Shown: positions 26,043 through 35,381 of the stretch, in pieces | Position numbering within the stretch: the stretch's first letter is position 1 | Layout: each line of letters starts with the position of its first letter | Assembly (NCBI GenBank): GCA_021787205.1 | Contig: JAJYME010000007.1 | Span: 74,334 to 138,333, forward strand | DNA from: a bacterium | GTDB lineage: Bacteria > Patescibacteriota > Minisyncoccia > UBA6257 > Colwellbacteraceae | Reading direction: 5' to 3' | Length of the DNA stretch: 64,000 nt | The notes under the pieces: model-generated | Told to the model about the DNA's origin: nothing | What the model saw: the letters and a program-made list of their open reading frames with translations, nothing else | Databases searched by the model: none | Translations under genes and position numbers: made by a program

Positions 26043-26837
26043 TTAAGGCGGTCCCAATTTATTATTGAAGGTGCTCCAATCGGTTGAGGAGAGATAGCCG
26101 TTTGCCGTGCTGCTTGAAGCGCCGATCGAGAAGATCCCAGTCAGGGAGTCGTAAGAAAGCGGACTGGAAGCGGAAACGGCGCCACGGGCAAGAGTGTTCG
26201 AGAAGTACTTGTTGGTCGCTCCCTCCGTCAGGTTGTCGGTCGTCTTGCTGGAGAACCCGGTGTTGAACCTGGTCGTAGTGTAATAAAGATTGGTGTTCTC
26301 CGGAACAACCGAGGTGTCGAGAGTCTGCCAAGTCTTGTCGCCGCGATAATACTGGGCGGATGTTCCAGATGAGATCGCATTCTCCTTGCCGTTGAAGGTG
26401 CTCCAATCAGCCGAAGTCAACAATCCCCGATTAGCAGACGAGGCGCTGGGAAGGTTGAAAGTATGGACTCCTAGGGCTGAAGAAATCGTAAAATCAGTCC
26501 CAGTTGTCGAGGTCGCAAAAGTCTGGCTTCCATCCAAAAGACCGTTTATCGACAGAATTCCGCCGGAACCAGAGACTGCACCTCCATTCCAATATAAGAT
26601 CCCGCCAAGATTATAGAGCCTGTCGGTAGCCGGGGAGGGCGGGGTGGAAAGGCTAGCGAGATTCAAGTTGGAAAATATGTTTGCCACCACATTGCAATTA
26701 GAGTCTGTCGGTTGACAGCCCGGATCAGAAGTCTCTCCAGGAATGAAAGTAGCGTAAACGGGCTTTGATAAAATGGAGAATAAAGCGATTAAGGTGAGCG
26801 AAAGAAAAATATATTTTTTAATCAGTAGTTGTCTCAT
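26043..26837 (-). CDS. signal-peptide-bearing N-terminal fragment of the tail-fibre-like protein (shares the ..DWSTFN.K repeat motif with the large ORF)
   Basis: Signal peptide MRQLLIKKYIFLSLTLIALFSILSKPVYA. It ends ...YLSSTDWSTFNNKLGPP* where the intact internal repeat in the large ORF reads ...STDWSTFNNKLGTALNSGLIWVGN. A single missing A (AAATTGGGACCGCC versus AAATTAGGGACTGCC) shifts the frame. Confidence 0.6.
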   Translation of the reverse strand: MRQLLIKKYIFLSLTLIALFSILSKPVYATFIPGETSDPGCQPTDSNCNVVANIFSNLNLASLSTPPSPATDRLYNLGGILYWNGGAVSGSGGILSINGLLDGSQTFATSTTGTDFTISSALGVHTFNLPSASSANRGLLTSADWSTFNGKENAISSGTSAQYYRGDKTWQTLDTSVVPENTNLYYTTTRFNTGFSSKTTDNLTEGATNKYFSNTLARGAVSASSPLSYDSLTGIFSIGASSSTANGYLSSTDWSTFNNKLGPP

Positions 26838-26908
26838 AAGACTCTCAAATAAAAATCCACCAGATTCATCTGGCGGACTTCGACGGAGCCTCTTAAATTT
26901 ATTAAGAT

Positions 26909-26918
26909 TATTATAACA
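26909..26918 (-). promoter_or_regulatory. extended -10 (TGTTATAAT) candidate promoter for the surface-protein operon
   Basis: Minus strand TTGTTATAATAATC about 80 nt upstream of the start at 26837; no clear -35. Confidence 0.35.
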
Positions 26919-26950
26919 AAATAAGCTCGCTTGGGCAAAGACTTTTGTGG

Positions 26951-26980
26951 ATAAAAAAGAACAGGCTTAAGCCTGTTCTT
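26951..26980 (-). terminator. secA terminator hairpin overlapping the stop codon
   Basis: AGAACAGGC-TTAA-GCCTGTTCT stem followed by a T-run on the minus strand; the secA TAA stop lies in the loop. Confidence 0.55.
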
Positions 26981-29417
26981 TTTGGGCTTCTTCCGAGAGC
27001 CCCTCCGATGACAGCTCAGGGAGTTCCTCCTCATGGATTTCTTCCATTCTGTTAATCTGAGGCTGACGGGCAGCCTGTTCTTCGTCTTTGACAATTCTTA
27101 TTCGGAGAATGGTATCGTAGAGCCAATTATTCAGATTCTTCATAATGTCTTTGTAGAGCATATAACTCTCCTTGCGATACTCGACAAGAGGATCGTGCTG
27201 GCCATAAGCGCGGATACGGACAGTATCAGACAGGGCTTCCAGATCTTCCAAATGGTTCATCCAAAGGTTGTCGACAATATTAAGGACGATCGGCTTCAAG
27301 ACTTCCACTGGAGAAATGGCAGCGATCTTATCCAAAGCTTCCTGCCCTTTCTTCTCCTCGCCGTTATCAGCGTCCGCCTCTTCAACAATCATGCTGCTTC
27401 TGGCTTCAATCGCTGACTTCACGAATCCGCTGATGATCTCCCTCAGCTTCTCACCCTCAGCCTCCAAAACATCCTGACGGACTTTATAAACAGCCATCCT
27501 TTGCTTGTTTAAGATGTCATCGTAATCCAAAAGATGTTTTCTGGAATCGAAGTTGATACCCTCAACTTTTCTCTGAGCCTCAATAATGGCCTTAGAGACC
27601 ATGCGAGATTCGATTGGTTGATCCTCAGGGATTTTAAGCATCTGCATCATCCCCTTAAGCCTTTCTCCTCCAAAGATTCTCATCAAATCGTCTTCGAGAG
27701 AAAGATAGAATTGGGAAGAGCCGGGGTCTCCCTGACGGCCCGAACGGCCTCGAAGCTGGTTATCGATGCGTCTGGCATCATGCCTTTCAGTACCGATGAC
27801 ATGCAAACCTCCCAACGCCTTGATCTCATTGTACTTTTCCTCATTGAACGGTGACCCGCCCAAGATGATATCGACGCCGCGACCAGCCATATTGGTAGCG
27901 AGAGTAACGGACCCCCTCTTTCCGGCTTGGGCGATGATCTCTCCTTCCCTTTCGTGGTTCTTAGCATTCAAAGTCTCATGAGCGACGCCGGCTCTTGTCA
28001 GATATTTTGATAAAAGCTCGTTCTTCTCGATAGAGACGGTTCCGATAAGGACCGGTCGGCCCTGATTTCTCATCTCTCGGACAGACTCCACGATCGCCTT
28101 GTATTTGGCCTCTTCAGTACCATAGATAACATCCGCCAAATCGCGCCTGGCAATCGGCTTGTTTGTCGGGATAGTGACAGTCTCCAGATTATAAACCTTA
28201 TGGAACTCTTCGGCTGAAGTCTGGGCTGTTCCCGTCATACCGGAAATCTTCTTATAAAGACGGAAATAGTTCTGGATAGTTATCTGGGCATAGGTCTTTG
28301 ATTCCTCCTGGACTTTCACATTCTCCTTAGCCTCAATCGCCTGATGCAAACCTCCCGAGTAGCGGCGTCCCTGCATCAGTCTACCGGTGAACTGGTCGAC
28401 AATGATAATCTCACCGTCCTTGACCACGTAATCCTTATCCAAAACAAATAAGGCCTTGGCCTTCAGACATTCCTCAAGGTAGTGGACCAATCTCATATTC
28501 TCGGAAGAGAAGAGATCGGTAAGATTAAGCTTTCTTTCCACTTTGTCGATTCCGGCTTCCGTTATCTCAACGGTGCGGAGTTTCTCGTCAACGACAAAAT
28601 CCTCTTCATTGTTAAGATCGGCGACCGCCTTTGTCATTATCTTATAATACTCACTAGACTCAGCGTCTGGAGCGGAGATAATAAGAGGAGTTCTTGCCTC
28701 ATCGATTAAGATGGAGTCAACCTCGTCGATAACGGCATAGTTGTGTCCACGCTGGACCTGGGAAGCGACAGTCGGAGCGAGGTTATCCCTTAAGTAATCG
28801 AAACCGAACTCATGATTCGTTCCATAGGTGATATCTGCCCAATAGGCCTCTCGTCTGCCGACGGCTCTTAAGTATCTGTTCTCAACTTTGAAGGCAGCGG
28901 TCTGATCACGCTTCTCATCAATGTTCTCAGTCTCCATCGACGGATCATAGACAAAAGCGCCGTCGTGAACCAAGCAGGAAACGCGAAGTCCCAGAAGATG
29001 ATAAATCTGCCCCATCCAGACAGCGTCACGTTTTGCCAAATAATCATTAACGGTAATCACGTGAACCCCATCTCCCGTCAGGGCATTGAGATAGGTCGGA
29101 AAGACAGCCGAAAGAGTCTTTCCTTCTCCGGTCATCATTTCAACGATAGTGCCGCGATGAAGATTGATGCCTCCCATCAGCTGGGTATCGTGGGCTCTTT
29201 GCTTCAAAGTTCTCTTAGCCGCTTCCCTAACCAAGGCGTAAGCCTCGGGGAGGGCCAGATTAAGATCAAATCCGCCTTTTATTTTGTCTTGGAGCTTATA
29301 GGACCGTTCCTTAAGGGCCTCATTCGTTAATCCCTCAATTTCCGGCTCGAAAGCATTTATCAAACCAACTTGTTTTTTAACCAATTTTTCCGACTTGCCG
29401 GAAAACAACTTAAGCAT
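26967..29417 (-). CDS. secA: preprotein translocase ATPase SecA
   Basis: Full SecA domain organisation (DEAD motor, PPXD, HSD/HWD). Start placed at MLKLFSGKS (29417), 23 codons inside the track ORF. Confidence 0.95.
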   Translation of the reverse strand: MLKLFSGKSEKLVKKQVGLINAFEPEIEGLTNEALKERSYKLQDKIKGGFDLNLALPEAYALVREAAKRTLKQRAHDTQLMGGINLHRGTIVEMMTGEGKTLSAVFPTYLNALTGDGVHVITVNDYLAKRDAVWMGQIYHLLGLRVSCLVHDGAFVYDPSMETENIDEKRDQTAAFKVENRYLRAVGRREAYWADITYGTNHEFGFDYLRDNLAPTVASQVQRGHNYAVIDEVDSILIDEARTPLIISAPDAESSEYYKIMTKAVADLNNEEDFVVDEKLRTVEITEAGIDKVERKLNLTDLFSSENMRLVHYLEECLKAKALFVLDKDYVVKDGEIIIVDQFTGRLMQGRRYSGGLHQAIEAKENVKVQEESKTYAQITIQNYFRLYKKISGMTGTAQTSAEEFHKVYNLETVTIPTNKPIARRDLADVIYGTEEAKYKAIVESVREMRNQGRPVLIGTVSIEKNELLSKYLTRAGVAHETLNAKNHEREGEIIAQAGKRGSVTLATNMAGRGVDIILGGSPFNEEKYNEIKALGGLHVIGTERHDARRIDNQLRGRSGRQGDPGSSQFYLSLEDDLMRIFGGERLKGMMQMLKIPEDQPIESRMVSKAIIEAQRKVEGINFDSRKHLLDYDDILNKQRMAVYKVRQDVLEAEGEKLREIISGFVKSAIEARSSMIVEEADADNGEEKKGQEALDKIAAISPVEVLKPIVLNIVDNLWMNHLEDLEALSDTVRIRAYGQHDPLVEYRKESYMLYKDIMKNLNNWLYDTILRIRIVKDEEQAARQPQINRMEEIHEEELPELSSEGLSEEAQKEQA

Positions 29418-29489
29418 TATTAAATTATCGCTTGATTCCAGCCAAATATCAAGGTTTTTCTTGACAAAAATCGCCAAAACAAGCAAAAA

Positions 29490-29520
29490 AGCACGTCTTT
29501 ATGACGCGCTTTTGCCTTAG
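29490..29520 (-). terminator. terminator after hpf
   Basis: GCGCGTC-ATAAA-GACGTGC stem followed by TTTTTTGC on the minus strand. Confidence 0.45.
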
Positions 29521-29531
29521 TTTCAAATTAT

Positions 29532-29843
29532 CTAAACAGTCTCCTTATATTCCTTCAACTCCCTTGCTAAAACCTCTTTCACCTCATCGATTGCCGCGTG
29601 CAAATCCTCATGCGTTTTTTCAACTCTCAATACTTTCTTAGGAACGCCAAGATTAGCTTCGGCATAAAAGACTTCCCCCTTGCTGTGATGCATATTCATT
29701 TTTCCAACTTCAAAATCGAGAAGAATAGCCCCATCAAGATCAAGGTCTCCTAAAAGCTTTTGGATGTAGTTCATTTTTTCTTCAATGTATCCCTTGATTG
29801 ACGGAGTCAAATCAAAATTTTTTGCTTTGATGTTAATCTTCAT
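29532..29843 (-). CDS. hpf: ribosome hibernation-promoting factor / RaiA family
   Basis: MKINIKAKNFDLTPSIKGYIEEK... with the characteristic beta-alpha-beta-beta-beta-alpha fold; start at the internal Met (29843). Confidence 0.8.
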   Translation of the reverse strand: MKINIKAKNFDLTPSIKGYIEEKMNYIQKLLGDLDLDGAILLDFEVGKMNMHHSKGEVFYAEANLGVPKKVLRVEKTHEDLHAAIDEVKEVLARELKEYKETV

Positions 29844-29903
29844 AATTTCATTATAGCAAAACCAAAAAATCACGGCAAAAACCGTGATTTGATTTGGGTA
29901 AAA

Positions 29904-31322
29904 TTACAGATTTTCATAGTACTTTCCAAGAGCAAACAAATCGCGATCATGGAAATGAGGAGCGATGAGCTGGAAATCAACCGGCATCGAGGCATCCCTG
30001 CCTTTGACTGGAACCACTATTCCCGGAAGACCAGCCAGGTTTACAGGCATAGTGAGAATGTCAGAAAGATACATCTTCATGGCGTCGTCAGTCCTCTCTC
30101 CGATCTTGAAGGCGGTCGTAGGAGAAGTCGGGGAAAATATATAGTCAACCTCCTTGAAGGCTTCTGTGAAATCCTTTCTTATCAAAGCTCTCACCTTCTG
30201 GGCCTTGGTGTAATAAGCGTCATAGTGGCCGGCCGACAAGACAAAAGATCCCATGAGGGCGCGTCTTTTTGTTTCTTCTCCGAATCCCTCACCTCTGGTC
30301 TTCATATATAAGTCAAAAAGATTGCTAGCTTCGACATCCCTGGCGTATCTGATGCCATCGTACCTCTCAAGATTGGTCGAAACTTCAGCAAACATAATGA
30401 TGTAATAGACGGAGAGGGCATATTTTGAATGGGGCAAGGAAATCTCCTTGAACTTGAAACCCTTGTTTTTCAATTCGTCGATAGTGACTTGGATAGCGCT
30501 TTCCGTTTCTTTATCCAACCCCCCGACAAAGTATTCTTTGGGCAAACCGATAGTGATATCAGAAGGGTTGCTGAGATTGATAGCCTCAACATCCTTATCA
30601 ACAGAAGTGGAATCACGCCCATCCTTCCCTCTCAAGGCCGAATATATCATTTCAGCATCCTCAACGGTCTTGGCAAACGGTCCGACTTGGTCAAGACTCG
30701 AGGCCATTGCCATCACGCCAAATCGGGAGACTTGGCCGTAAGTCGGCTTCATGCCGACAACGCCGCAAAAAGAGGCTGGCAAACGGATTGAACCGCCCGT
30801 ATCCGATCCCAGGGCTCCAAGAGCCATATTTGAGGCAACAGCGGCAGCGGAGCCGCCAGAAGAACCGCCAGCTACGCATTCCAGATTCCAGGGGTTCTTT
30901 GTGACCCCATAAGCCGAGTTTTCGGTGGAAGAACCCATAGCAAATTCATCCATGTTGGCGCGGCCGAGGATGTTCACCCCCTCCGCTTCTAACTTTTTGG
31001 TGACGGTAGCATCATAAGCGGCTCGATAATTGGCAAGGATCTTTGAACCCGAGGAGGCAATCTGCCCCTCGATCAAAATATTGTCCTTGAAAGCCATCGG
31101 AACCCCCTCCAAAGAACCGAGGTCGCGTTTGGAGGCAATTTTCTTATCGCTCTCCGCCGCTTTTTCCAAAGCTCTTTCGTTAAAAGTCTCAAGATAGACA
31201 TTAAGGAGAGGATTGTTCTCCTTAATATTTTTAAGATATTCCTCGGTCGCCTCCCTGACTGAGAAATCCCCGTTTCTCAGGCCGTCCTTGAATTTTCTGA
31301 TTGTTAAATCCTTTATATCCAT
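29904..31322 (-). CDS. gatA: Glu-tRNA(Gln)/Asp-tRNA(Asn) amidotransferase subunit A
   Basis: Amidase signature GGSSGGSAAAVA with the Ser-cisSer-Lys triad context; 472 aa. Confidence 0.95.
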   Translation of the reverse strand: MDIKDLTIRKFKDGLRNGDFSVREATEEYLKNIKENNPLLNVYLETFNERALEKAAESDKKIASKRDLGSLEGVPMAFKDNILIEGQIASSGSKILANYRAAYDATVTKKLEAEGVNILGRANMDEFAMGSSTENSAYGVTKNPWNLECVAGGSSGGSAAAVASNMALGALGSDTGGSIRLPASFCGVVGMKPTYGQVSRFGVMAMASSLDQVGPFAKTVEDAEMIYSALRGKDGRDSTSVDKDVEAINLSNPSDITIGLPKEYFVGGLDKETESAIQVTIDELKNKGFKFKEISLPHSKYALSVYYIIMFAEVSTNLERYDGIRYARDVEASNLFDLYMKTRGEGFGEETKRRALMGSFVLSAGHYDAYYTKAQKVRALIRKDFTEAFKEVDYIFSPTSPTTAFKIGERTDDAMKMYLSDILTMPVNLAGLPGIVVPVKGRDASMPVDFQLIAPHFHDRDLFALGKYYENL

Positions 31323-31330
31323 ATTAGAAA

Positions 31331-31630
31331 TTATTTTTCTCTCACAGCCGGGACTTCCAGATAATTGTCCTTTGTCTCCGGAAAATCCGAATAGCCCTTT
31401 CCCTGCAGATCATTGTCGGAATCGTCCTCCCTGACGATGTTCTGAAGTTCTCCGCCGCCATAGACGGGGGAAACATTATCGGTGTCCACTTGTTGCAATT
31501 CATCAAAGTGGCGCAAAAGGTTTTCAGCATCACGAAGCAACCTCTCCGCTTGCTGTTCCGAGGAAATTTCGATTCTCGTCAAACGAGACAGATGATTTAA
31601 TGTTTCTTTATCTATCGGATTCTTATCCAT
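31331..31630 (-). CDS. gatC: amidotransferase subunit C
   Basis: 99 aa directly upstream of gatA; LSRLTRIEISSEQ...FDELQQVDT fits the GatC pattern. Confidence 0.75.
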   Translation of the reverse strand: MDKNPIDKETLNHLSRLTRIEISSEQQAERLLRDAENLLRHFDELQQVDTDNVSPVYGGGELQNIVREDDSDNDLQGKGYSDFPETKDNYLEVPAVREK

Positions 31631-31665
31631 TCCCTAAAAATACCATTTTTTGCCTATTTTTACAA

Positions 31666-31696
31666 ACAAAAAACCGTTTTCTAAAGATTGAAAACG
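31666..31696 (-). terminator. rho-independent terminator
   Basis: AAAACCGTTTTC-TAAAGAT-TGAAAACGGTT stem followed by TTTTTTGTTTG on the minus strand. Confidence 0.55.
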
Positions 31697-31721
31697 GTTG
31701 TCTTAAATTAATGCAAAAACT

Positions 31722-32075
31722 TCAGTTTTTCTCTTCGTATCGTCCGACGATACGTTTAATTCCGATCTTAGACCCATTGATTTCTACCTCTTCTTTCTCT
31801 CTCATCCCGACAATCCTGGATATCGGATTGCCGCGCCCAGTGACAATCAAGTCTTTTCCTTCGTATTCCTCAAACCTTTTATCATTCCCTGGCTTGTCTA
31901 AAACAACAATGTAAAAACCATCTTCGTCGCCACCCCTGTCAACTGAGACAATCTCAATTATCAGGCCGACTTCAACTGTTTTAGCCAAGACCTCACACAT
32001 ACCAATCACCTCCCCTCTTTGCATAAATTGGATATGTTCTCCAATTCTTTTAACACAAAAGAATATCCGCGTCAA
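31722..32075 (-). CDS. hypothetical small protein; possible alternative start at 32024
   Basis: 117-aa ORF with an internal Met (MQRGEVIGMCEVLAKT) 17 codons in that could be the true start; no recognisable motif. Confidence 0.4.
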   Translation of the reverse strand: MTRIFFCVKRIGEHIQFMQRGEVIGMCEVLAKTVEVGLIIEIVSVDRGGDEDGFYIVVLDKPGNDKRFEEYEGKDLIVTGRGNPISRIVGMREKEEVEINGSKIGIKRIVGRYEEKN

Positions 32076-32117
32076 AGACGCGGATATTCTTATCTCCAGG
32101 CTAACCTAGCCGGTTCT

Positions 32118-34154
32118 CTATTTTTCCTGACCTATTAATTTCATAAACCCTTCTTCGGAAAGAATCGCAATGCCGAGTTCCCTAGCTCGATCGGCCTTGC
32201 TCCCGGGGTTCTCGCCAACGACGACATAATCAGTCTTCTTACTTACCGACTCCGACGTCTTTCCGCCAAGCTCTCTGATTTTTTCTTTTATCTCTTCCCT
32301 CTCAAAATTAAGAAGGGTGCCTGTGACGACAAAGGTCTTCCCATCAAGCTTTCCGCTAGAGGATTGTCTCTCATGCCAAATAATCACTCCGGCCTTGTCC
32401 AATCTTTCCATCAATTCCTTATTCTCTCCATCGGCAAACCAATCCTCAATTCCCTTCGAGATTTTTTCCCCGATATCTTCAAGAGAAACAAAATCAGCGG
32501 ATGTCTTTCCTCCAAAAAACTCCCAGACCTCCATCGGCCTGATATTCTTGCTGTCCTTGTATTCCTTGGCGAGAGTTCTTGCCGTCTCCACTCCAACCTG
32601 AGGAATCCCCAAAGAATAAATGAACCTCTCCAAGGAAACCCGGGATTTTTCCCTTACTTCGTTCACGATTTTTTCGGCCGATTTTTCCCCGAAACCATCG
32701 AGAACTTCAATATCCCCCTTATCAAGCTCGAAGATGTCAGCCGCATCCGAAACCAAACCTTCATCCATGAATCGCTCGATGATCTTCGGCCCCATGCCTT
32801 CGATATTGAAAGCAGCCTTGGAGACCAAATGAATCAACTTCTCCTTATGGACAGCGCCACAATTCTTGTTTGAGCAGCGGAAGAAAGCTCCGTCACGGAC
32901 GACCGGCGCTCCGTCAACAGGACAGGAAGTTGGCATATGAATAACCCTCTCTTCTCCCGTTCTTAAATTATCCAAAACGTCGGTGATTTGGGGGATGACA
33001 TCCCCTGCCCGAGAGATAATAACCGTATCGCCAATCTTGAGACCCAGCTTTTCTATCTGGTCCATGTTATGAAGGGTGGCGTGGGTAATCTTGATACCGG
33101 TCAACTCGACTGGGCGCATAATAGCCACCGGGGTCAAGATTCCCGTTCTCCCGACTTGGAATCTGACATCCTCGACAACCGTAGTCGCCTCTTTTGGAGA
33201 AAATTTATAAGCGATCCCGGCTCTCGGAGTCTTACCGACAACTCCCCCATCCTCGTAGACACCGTTATCGTTTGTAATAACGACGATACCGTCAATCTCA
33301 TAATCAAGCCTGTCTCTATTTTTATCGTCTCCCCAAAAATCCCTGAACTTAAAGACTTCCTCCAAGGAATGGACAAGCTTATTGTGCTGATTGGTCTTGA
33401 AACCCCACTCTGCCAGGATTTCGTGTTCTTCGCTATGACTTTCCGTCTCAAGACCGATGACTATGTCATATTCGAACGAATTAAGTTTTCGACTGGCAGT
33501 GACCTTAGGGTCAAGCTGCCTGACCGATCCGGCGGCCACGTTGCGGGGATTGGCATATATCTGCTTACCTTCCTTCTCCTGTTCCCTATTGATTCTCTGA
33601 AACTCACTCTTGTTCAAAAAAACCTCGCCACGAACGACCAGATGTTTCGGAAATTCCCTTTTGCTGCTTTCTAACCTCAAAGGAATGGCTTCGACGGTCC
33701 TGATGTTTTCGGTTATGTCTTCTCCGACATTGCCGTCACCCCTGGTCGCCGCCCTGATCAAGACTCCTTCATCATAAGTAAGCTCAATAGCCAAGCCGTC
33801 TATCTTTAATTCGCAATAAAATTCAGGCTTAAGATTACGTTTCAAATAATTCTCCAGACGCTTGAACCAATCCCTCATATCCATCTCAGAAAAAGCGTCG
33901 TTGAAAGAAAGCATCCTGGACTCATGTTTGGCCTTCTGAAACTCCGGCAGGGCCTCGCCGCCGACTCTTTGGGTCGGAGAATCCGGCGTTATGAATTCAG
34001 GATACTCGGTTTCCAAGTCAAAAAGCTCCTTTTTCAAGGAATCAAGGGCTTGCTCGGAAATGGTAAGTCTGTCGTGCAGATGATACTCCCGGCGATGCTT
34101 CTCGATTTCCCTCTTCAGAAGCTCTATTCTCCCTTTTGCTGATATCTTATCCAT
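32118..34154 (-). CDS. ligA: NAD-dependent DNA ligase
   Basis: Adenylation motif KIDGLAIELTY, OB fold, four-Cys Zn finger, HhH repeats, C-terminal BRCT; 678 aa. Confidence 0.95.
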   Translation of the reverse strand: MDKISAKGRIELLKREIEKHRREYHLHDRLTISEQALDSLKKELFDLETEYPEFITPDSPTQRVGGEALPEFQKAKHESRMLSFNDAFSEMDMRDWFKRLENYLKRNLKPEFYCELKIDGLAIELTYDEGVLIRAATRGDGNVGEDITENIRTVEAIPLRLESSKREFPKHLVVRGEVFLNKSEFQRINREQEKEGKQIYANPRNVAAGSVRQLDPKVTASRKLNSFEYDIVIGLETESHSEEHEILAEWGFKTNQHNKLVHSLEEVFKFRDFWGDDKNRDRLDYEIDGIVVITNDNGVYEDGGVVGKTPRAGIAYKFSPKEATTVVEDVRFQVGRTGILTPVAIMRPVELTGIKITHATLHNMDQIEKLGLKIGDTVIISRAGDVIPQITDVLDNLRTGEERVIHMPTSCPVDGAPVVRDGAFFRCSNKNCGAVHKEKLIHLVSKAAFNIEGMGPKIIERFMDEGLVSDAADIFELDKGDIEVLDGFGEKSAEKIVNEVREKSRVSLERFIYSLGIPQVGVETARTLAKEYKDSKNIRPMEVWEFFGGKTSADFVSLEDIGEKISKGIEDWFADGENKELMERLDKAGVIIWHERQSSSGKLDGKTFVVTGTLLNFEREEIKEKIRELGGKTSESVSKKTDYVVVGENPGSKADRARELGIAILSEEGFMKLIGQEK

Positions 34155-34182
34155 TGATCAAATTATAAGCCATTTGGAGCCA

Positions 34183-34204
34183 AATAAAAAACAAGCCCCG
34201 AGGG
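34183..34204 (-). terminator. rho-independent terminator
   Basis: ACAAGCCC-CGA-GGGCTTGT stem followed by a T-run on the minus strand. Confidence 0.55.
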
Positions 34205-34220
34205 CTTGTTTTGATATATC

Positions 34221-34940
34221 TTATCTCTTTACCAAGACGATTCTTCCATTTTTTTGGAGCATATTGCCAAAGGTAGCAAAATTATTATTGACGCTTCCAT
34301 CGCCAATCGCGTAGGCGATTTGAGCCTTGACGGGAATCTCCATCGGTCTTGCAGCGACAACGTAAGTCAGGATATTCTCTCCGGCCGAGAGTGGCGTATA
34401 AATATCACCAGAAAGATCGGTCTTTATGCCGGAAGCAGCGCTCGACATACCGACGTAGATTGATCTCGTGTAAGCCGATTGGTTCAAATCAACCTCCTTA
34501 GCCCAATTAAAAACCTGGGAGACACCGCCAATGACCGTGCATTCACCAGTCGTATAAACCTTGGTATTGTCAACCAAGCCGTTAAAAGTAAGAAAAACCG
34601 TATCCTTGCCCTCGATATTGGCAGCTTCTTCTTTTATCTCAATGGTATTGCCGTTCAAAACAAGGTCGACGGAGGGAAAAAGAAAGGCTTTTTTCCCTGA
34701 TTGGGTTTCGCTCGCAAGCAAAGCTTCCGCCTCTGGCTGGGTCATATAGGTGAAGTACTTATCGATGTCAGCCTGAGTCTTCAAGATGATTTCTTTGCTC
34801 GCGACAGCCTGCTTTACGCTGCCTCGATTCATAATCGGAGACTTAAGAACAAAGTAAACTCCAGTGCCGACAGCCAGCAGGACAAAGATGCCGATGACAG
34901 CGCTTATTATTTTTTTGTTGTCGAGATTATCTTTCTTCAT
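34221..34940 (-). CDS. membrane-anchored hypothetical protein adjacent to the pilin cluster
   Basis: N-terminal TM (IISAVIGIFVLLAVGTGVYFVL) and an extracytoplasmic body. Confidence 0.5.
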   Translation of the reverse strand: MKKDNLDNKKIISAVIGIFVLLAVGTGVYFVLKSPIMNRGSVKQAVASKEIILKTQADIDKYFTYMTQPEAEALLASETQSGKKAFLFPSVDLVLNGNTIEIKEEAANIEGKDTVFLTFNGLVDNTKVYTTGECTVIGGVSQVFNWAKEVDLNQSAYTRSIYVGMSSAASGIKTDLSGDIYTPLSAGENILTYVVAARPMEIPVKAQIAYAIGDGSVNNNFATFGNMLQKNGRIVLVKR

Positions 34941-34973
34941 ATTTGATTTATTATAATACTTTTCAAGCTTTTA

Positions 34974-35381
34974 TTAAATTGTTTTCTTTGTGAATCGGAT
35001 ATCAAGAACCCTGGTCGTCTTCCCATTATCGTTGGCGCCCGTTGATGACCAGTCGTCATACATCGGCTGGGAATCAGTCCTTTTGAAACTGAAGCTTCCC
35101 TTCTCGGTAGTTTTTACCACACTGCTGCTCCCGACAATTTGCGGGCAGTAGCCGGAAACGGCGTCATAAGAGGCGTGTCCGAACTCATTAAAGAGAACGC
35201 ACTCTATGCCTGTATCAGCAATAAAGATCGCGTCCATCGTCTGATCGGAGCTGGAGAGATTCCTGAATCCGGAAAGGACAAGAAAGGTGCCAAGAGCCGC
35301 AGCGCCCAAGGCGGCCACCGAAAGCAAGACCACCATCATGACCATCGTCTGTCCGGATATCGATTTTTTGTTTTTTATCAT
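34974..35381 (-). CDS. pilin-like / minor pseudopilin candidate
   Basis: KKSISGQTMVMMVVLLSVAALGAA hydrophobic N-terminus after a Gly, but no canonical Glu5. Confidence 0.45.
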   Translation of the reverse strand: MIKNKKSISGQTMVMMVVLLSVAALGAAALGTFLVLSGFRNLSSSDQTMDAIFIADTGIECVLFNEFGHASYDAVSGYCPQIVGSSSVVKTTEKGSFSFKRTDSQPMYDDWSSTGANDNGKTTRVLDIRFTKKTI

